DNA of 64,000 nucleotides from an uncultured candidatus Porisulfidus sp. (GTDB lineage Bacteria; Pseudomonadota; Gammaproteobacteria; Poriferisulfidales; Oxydemutatoraceae): NCBI GenBank assembly GCA_965215125.1, contig OZ244052.1, positions 1,664,001 to 1,728,000 of the forward strand, read 5' to 3'. Shown piece by piece: positions 59,843 to 64,000 of this stretch (position 1 is its first letter; each line of letters starts with the position of its first letter). The notes under the pieces were generated by a model. It saw only the letters and a program-made list of their open reading frames with translations, ran no database searches and was not told where the DNA came from. The position numbers and the translations under genes were made by a program.

Positions 59843-60796
59843 ATGAATACCGACATTCCTATTTATGTAATCAGCCTAAGGCGATTACCCGAGCGTAGAT
59901 TATCCGTACAAAGACAGCTGGATGCTCTAAATCTGAAATACCAAATTATAGAAGCATTCGACGGGCGCGATTTTTTCTCTAAAGATTACCGCCTAAAGGT
60001 TGTCCGAGAATTCGGCATGAACGAGGATGCCATAGAAAAGAATTTATCTACATGGTCTTCGTATGCAATTTTGTTCAGTCACATTAAAGCCTACAATTTA
60101 ATGATAAGGAATAATGTTCCACTAGCCTGTATATTAGAGGATGATATTGATATATCCCCGGTATTTCCCGAGATATTAAACAATGTGCAACAATTTCCCT
60201 GGGACATATTAATGCTCGCTAATCATTCGGATAGTGTTGTGAGACTAACAAATACTCTAGCGGGTATCATGGTACATAGGTCACATCTTGCTTTGTGTCG
60301 GCGATTGATAAGTTATTATGTACATTCACCGCGATTGAGTCTAAAGCAACATTTGATAGCGATGCAATGTGCTTTTAATGTTATTAAACGCCGTTGGCAT
60401 TTATATCCTTATAGTATAATCCGCAACAGTAGTTTTGATATAAATAAAGCAGTAATAAATTTTAAAGATATCAATGAGAGAGAGTCTTTTTGGCAATATT
60501 ATGCATCCAAAATGGGTGCTGCCTTCTCTCACGATAAGGCATTCAAGCACCACATTACGGATAATTATTATGTAGCGAGTAAGTTGCCTGAATATTGTAA
60601 GGGAGGTATGGGTTATATGCTTAGATTAGAAGCTGCGCTTCGGTGGAAAAAAGAAGCATTAACCGATAAGCACGGAGATATTGATTTCATTCCTAGAATA
60701 TTAGCCGAACGCAACGATGTCAGGTTGTCTATTGTGACACCACCGTGTATAACAGCTTTATATAGATATTTGTCATGTTCAGCGAGGCGAAATTAA
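59843..60796 (+). CDS. Glycosyltransferase family 25 protein
   Basis: PIYVISLRRLPERR, AFDG, SHIKAY, CILEDD; paralog of 52744. Confidence 0.85.
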   Translation: MNTDIPIYVISLRRLPERRLSVQRQLDALNLKYQIIEAFDGRDFFSKDYRLKVVREFGMNEDAIEKNLSTWSSYAILFSHIKAYNLMIRNNVPLACILEDDIDISPVFPEILNNVQQFPWDILMLANHSDSVVRLTNTLAGIMVHRSHLALCRRLISYYVHSPRLSLKQHLIAMQCAFNVIKRRWHLYPYSIIRNSSFDINKAVINFKDINERESFWQYYASKMGAAFSHDKAFKHHITDNYYVASKLPEYCKGGMGYMLRLEAALRWKKEALTDKHGDIDFIPRILAERNDVRLSIVTPPCITALYRYLSCSARRN

Positions 60797-60823
60797 TGTC
60801 GCTAAGCCTTAGCCTATTCTCGG

Positions 60824-60912
60824 TGGTGCCCGGGGCCGGAGTCGAACCGGCACGAGCATCACTGCTCGAGGGATTTTAAGTCCCTTGCGTCTACCAATTT
60901 CGCCACCCGGGC
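60824..60912 (-). tRNA. tRNA-Leu(TAA)
   Basis: GCCCGGG acceptor stem, anticodon loop CTTAAAA, long variable arm, GTTCGA T-loop, encoded CCA. Confidence 0.96.
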
Positions 60913-60946
60913 ATGCAACCGTGGACTTCGGTGTTTTCGTTGACAA

Positions 60947-61017
60947 AGGCTAGTGCCGGAATCGAACCGGCGTAAACGGCTTTGCAGGCCGCTGCATGAC
61001 CATTCTGCCAACTAGCC
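60947..61017 (-). tRNA. tRNA-Cys(GCA), CCA not encoded
   Basis: GGCTAGT/ACTAGCC acceptor stem, CTGCAAA anticodon loop, GTTCGA, U discriminator followed by TTG. Confidence 0.95.
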
Positions 61018-61062
61018 GAAACTCTATCGGCAGACGCGGGTCTGCCTTTAATTTAATCGCAT

Positions 61063-61091
61063 ATTGTACTATGTATCGGGTATCGTACAAT
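61063..61091. promoter_or_regulatory. Putative symmetric divergent sigma70 promoters (tRNA operon and tnpB element)
   Basis: ATTGTAC-N15-GTACAAT reads TTGTAC-N16-TACAAT on both strands. Confidence 0.4.
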
Positions 61092-61103
61092 AATAAAAGG
61101 TTT

Positions 61104-62371
61104 GGGAACTATATAGTTAACTTGACAAAGAAATGTTAAATTATATCAATGCAAACCCATAGAACAATTAGATACCATTTATATCCGGCGACACAGAAAA
61201 AACACCGGCAATTATATGGCACAGCAGGCGCATGCCGCTATGTCTGGAATCACTTTGTAGCCAAGCTGAAGGACGAATACGAGTATTACGGCGAAAGCCG
61301 GTTTAAATTCTTCACCCTAGGCAAGCAATTTACGACATTAAGAAAGTATTGCGACCAGTGGTTGCAAGGTTATTCCGCTTATATCGTCAAATCGTCATTA
61401 CAACCGATAGAGATAGCATACAAAGGATTTTTCAAGGGCAACAACGGATTGCCGAAGTTTCAGGGGAAATATAGGCATAGCCCGTCATTCCCGATCAATT
61501 ATCAATCGGCAAAGATATCAGCTTCTCACTTGTATATACAGAAGCTAGGCTGGATGAAGTTTGCCGGTGGCGATAGGTATAAAGGTGAGAAGTTTGTATC
61601 CGGTCAAGTCAAGTATGAATGTGGTAAATGGTATGCATATATCATCTATGAAGTGGAAGTGCCAAGCAGGTCGCATCCAGCGGTAGCAGTAGGACTAGAT
61701 AGGAATTGTGGTCAGGTCGCATTGTCGGACGGAACGATGTATCACCTGCCCGACTTAAAGCGTAAGGAGGCAAGGCGTAGGCGTTATCAGCGAATGGTTG
61801 CTAGACAGGTGAAGGGGAGCAACAGGCGCAAACTAGCAAAACATAGGCTACGGAAAGCGTATCAAGCGGAGCGGTTTGCGAGGGCGAATTGGTGTCATCA
61901 AACCAGCCGGTTAATAGCAGACCAATACGACATTGTGTATATGGAAGGATTGAATACAGCCGGCATGACGAAGTCGGCGAAAGGGACGATAGACAACCCG
62001 GGTAAGAATGTGAGGGCAAAGTCAGGTTTGAACAGGGAGATACTAAAGAGTGGCTGGTATAAACTGGAGCAATGCTTAAGCTACAAGGCCTGTATAGAAA
62101 AGGTCAATCCGGCCTATACGAGTCAAACCTGTAATCAATGCGGAAGCGTAAATAAAGTAAACCGTAAGACCCGATCAATTTTCAAGTGTCGGCATTGCGG
62201 ACACGAGGACAATGCGGATGTAAATGCTGCATTAAACATTTTGGCGGCTGGGAGTGCTGCAACCGGATGTGGAGACGGCGACAGTGGCAACACAAGTCGG
62301 TCAATGAAGCGTCAAAAAGATAGGGTGGCAAGGCAGGCTAAAAAGTCTGTCAAGTTACCTATATAATTCCC
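61104..62371 (+). mobile_element. Non-autonomous TIR-bounded element carrying only tnpB (IS1595-like ends inferred)
   Basis: Left end GGGAACTATATAGTTAACTTGACA (61104-61127) and right end TGTCAAGTTACCTATATAATTCCC (62348-62371) are 22/24-identical inverted repeats; no transposase inside. Confidence 0.8.
61149..62366 (+). CDS. tnpB: RNA-guided endonuclease TnpB
   Basis: N-terminal YHLYP…GACRYVWN; RuvC-I VGLD, RuvC-II YMEGL, zinc finger CNQC…CRHC, RuvC-III NADVNAALNI; KSGLNREIL. Confidence 0.95.
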   Translation: MQTHRTIRYHLYPATQKKHRQLYGTAGACRYVWNHFVAKLKDEYEYYGESRFKFFTLGKQFTTLRKYCDQWLQGYSAYIVKSSLQPIEIAYKGFFKGNNGLPKFQGKYRHSPSFPINYQSAKISASHLYIQKLGWMKFAGGDRYKGEKFVSGQVKYECGKWYAYIIYEVEVPSRSHPAVAVGLDRNCGQVALSDGTMYHLPDLKRKEARRRRYQRMVARQVKGSNRRKLAKHRLRKAYQAERFARANWCHQTSRLIADQYDIVYMEGLNTAGMTKSAKGTIDNPGKNVRAKSGLNREILKSGWYKLEQCLSYKACIEKVNPAYTSQTCNQCGSVNKVNRKTRSIFKCRHCGHEDNADVNAALNILAAGSAATGCGDGDSGNTSRSMKRQKDRVARQAKKSVKLPI

Positions 62372-62390
62372 AAAGTATATATAATGGATT
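62240..62390 (+). ncRNA. Predicted omegaRNA (reRNA) overlapping the tnpB 3' end, plus flank-derived guide
   Basis: Hairpin GCGGC-TGGGAGT-GCTGC; GGATGTGGAG…TGAAGCGTCAA stem; GTG-GCAA-CAC tetraloop; terminal stem-loop; loop GGGAGT is complementary to ATTCCC at the element end. Boundaries are approximate. Confidence 0.7.
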
Positions 62391-62464
62391 GAAACTATTG
62401 ATGACCAGATTGTTAAATAGTAAAAATATTTTCCATTTCAGCGATTGTAGCCTGCAAAAAAAGA

Positions 62465-64000
62465 ATGGATATAGGTTTTAATAAATATTACTTTATATTA
62501 TATCTAGGGTTACTTATTGCTCTACCGATACTTGCACAGGATCTTTCTCCCGAGTTGATCTGTGCAGACGAACTTGATAACGACCCCGCTAACGACGATA
62601 TAGACGACGATGATGACGGTTTAATAGAACTGTGTTATTTAGAAGATGTCAATGCGATACGCGAAGATGTCTCAGGCACTAGCTTGAAGCGGGGAGCTTC
62701 AATACTTACCGCAGGTTGCCCTACCAACGGTTGCGTAGGTTATGAATTAGTAAGAGATTTGGATTTTGCGACCACCCGAAGTTATGTGAACGCGATAGCA
62801 AACAAAAAAGTATGGACGGTGCAGAACTTTGACGACACTGACGATTTTGGTTGGTTGCCCATAGGGGATGCAGACAATCCTTTTAATACCGTCTTTGAAG
62901 GCGGCGGCCATACGATTTTCGGTTTAGAAATGAATCGAGAAGTAGAATATAGCGGTTTATTCGGTGTAAGCAATGTGAATTCAATCATAAGAAATTTCGG
63001 CGTAGTCGGCAATTTTGAAATCAGCGGCTTATCAAGTTTCTATATAGCTTGTTTGGTTGGAGAGAATAGGGGGCAAATCTTGAACAGCCATGCAACCTGC
63101 CGTATTAAATCTTCGGACAGTGATTTTGGTAATCTAGGCGGCTTAGTCGGCACCAACCAAGGTCAAATCTCCAGTAGCTATGTTCTTGGGCTAAACCCAC
63201 CGGTTGATTGTTTTGAGGGTGATGGGGTTCATCTATGCTCATCGGGTGAAGTAGGCGGCCTAGTCGCTGATAACCGAGGTCAAATCTCCAATAGCTATGC
63301 TATTGCCGATATTAGGACAGATGGCTTTTTTGGTGGCGGCTTGGTTGCCTATAATAGCGGCACGATCACCGATAGTTATGCTATTGCCGATATAGCAACT
63401 GTGCTTGAGAATAAGTCCGGTTTGGGTGGTATAGCGGGTAGTAATGAGGGCACGATTGCCAATAGTTATGTAGCCGGTTCTTCATTAGCTCTTGTCGGGT
63501 TATTCAGCTCCGGGAATACCAGTGGTTATGCAAGTATAGATACTAGTGTGCTGCAAGTACCTACCGCACCCGATGCAACCGATCCCGATCGTTATACAAA
63601 TTGGAGCACCGACAACTGGGATTTCGGCGATACAATGAGTTATCCTGCACTTCGTTATATCGCCGGCGATGCCGGCAACGCTTGTGCCTTGCTACCGCAC
63701 CCGATGCAGCCACGCTGTGGGGCTTTGTTGCCCGGTCAGCCCGGCCGCAATCGCGGTTTGAACACCTTGTTTTTCGCAAGAAACGGTTTAGAGTGGGGTG
63801 TCACCGAGATACCCGTTGCCCCGCCTTTTTCCTCTTTGCTATACGATTACGGTGTGACCATTTTGTATAGTAATACGCTTCAACTCAGACCGTATGCCGC
63901 TATCGGTACTGCGACGATTTCAATTACCAAAGTAGGGGATACCGCAAACCGTAACTATTTTAGCAATAAGCGTAGCGGCGATTTGAGTGAGGAAATCTTG
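62465..64000 (+). CDS. Secreted GLUG-repeat surface protein, N-terminal part (runs off window end)
   Basis: Not in the ORF track. Manual translation is open for 512 codons: MDIGFNKYYFILYLGLLIALPILAQ, DIDDDDDGLIELCYLEDV, GCPTNGCVGYELVRDLDF, GGLVGTN repeats, WDFGDTMSYPAL. Confidence 0.88.
   Translation, partial: MDIGFNKYYFILYLGLLIALPILAQDLSPELICADELDNDPANDDIDDDDDGLIELCYLEDVNAIREDVSGTSLKRGASILTAGCPTNGCVGYELVRDLDFATTRSYVNAIANKKVWTVQNFDDTDDFGWLPIGDADNPFNTVFEGGGHTIFGLEMNREVEYSGLFGVSNVNSIIRNFGVVGNFEISGLSSFYIACLVGENRGQILNSHATCRIKSSDSDFGNLGGLVGTNQGQISSSYVLGLNPPVDCFEGDGVHLCSSGEVGGLVADNRGQISNSYAIADIRTDGFFGGGLVAYNSGTITDSYAIADIATVLENKSGLGGIAGSNEGTIANSYVAGSSLALVGLFSSGNTSGYASIDTSVLQVPTAPDATDPDRYTNWSTDNWDFGDTMSYPALRYIAGDAGNACALLPHPMQPRCGALLPGQPGRNRGLNTLFFARNGLEWGVTEIPVAPPFSSLLYDYGVTILYSNTLQLRPYAAIGTATISITKVGDTANRNYFSNKRSGDLSEEIL

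Noticed and set aside
60824-61017. Integrative island or prophage at the tRNA genes
   Set aside because: No integrase, phage genes or duplicated tRNA 3' end were seen in the window.
61018-62465. Classical IS200/IS605 or IS607 element around tnpB
   Set aside because: No tnpA or serine recombinase ORF and no subterminal left-end hairpin inside the unit; the boundaries are inverted repeats. The GGCAGAC/GTCTGCC hairpin at 61029-61046 lies outside the TIR and resembles the REP-like module.
238-63870. Numerous antisense or alternate-frame ORFs overlapping long genes (for example 238, 1512, 17311, 30553, 33421, 55692, 63601)
   Set aside because: Shadow ORFs of well-supported genes, with no independent evidence.

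Overview
Chromosomal window of a Gammaproteobacterium; a host-associated lifestyle, possibly in a marine invertebrate, is inferred from the eukaryote-like accessory genes. The housekeeping backbone comprises htpX, epmB/efp/epmA, cysM, dapE-dapD-map, prfB (programmed +1 frameshift)-lysS, glnS, birA-coaX-nagZ-mscS-type, lpxB, gatCAB, purL, metK-ahcY-rsmE, ispG, tRNA-Leu and tRNA-Cys. Accessory genes interrupt it: four paralogous secreted GLUG-repeat proteins (one about 2,700 aa; the two complete ones share a C-terminal [KR]V[FL]LEGxL motif), a CLCA-like zinc-metalloprotease/vWA protein with a GlyGly-CTERM anchor, two adjacent effector-like proteins packed with eukaryotic SH2/SH3 docking motifs, three orphan glycosyltransferases and a type III restriction-modification pair. 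At least 11 intergenic regions carry a modular, nested MITE/REP-like repeat family. The most unusual item is a catalytically intact-looking solo TnpB (61149-62366) enclosed by 24-bp terminal inverted repeats that resemble IS1595-family ends rather than IS200/IS605 or IS607 ends. Its predicted omegaRNA pseudoknot pairs with the last 6 nt of the right inverted repeat. All calls come from reading the sequence by eye; no database searches were run.
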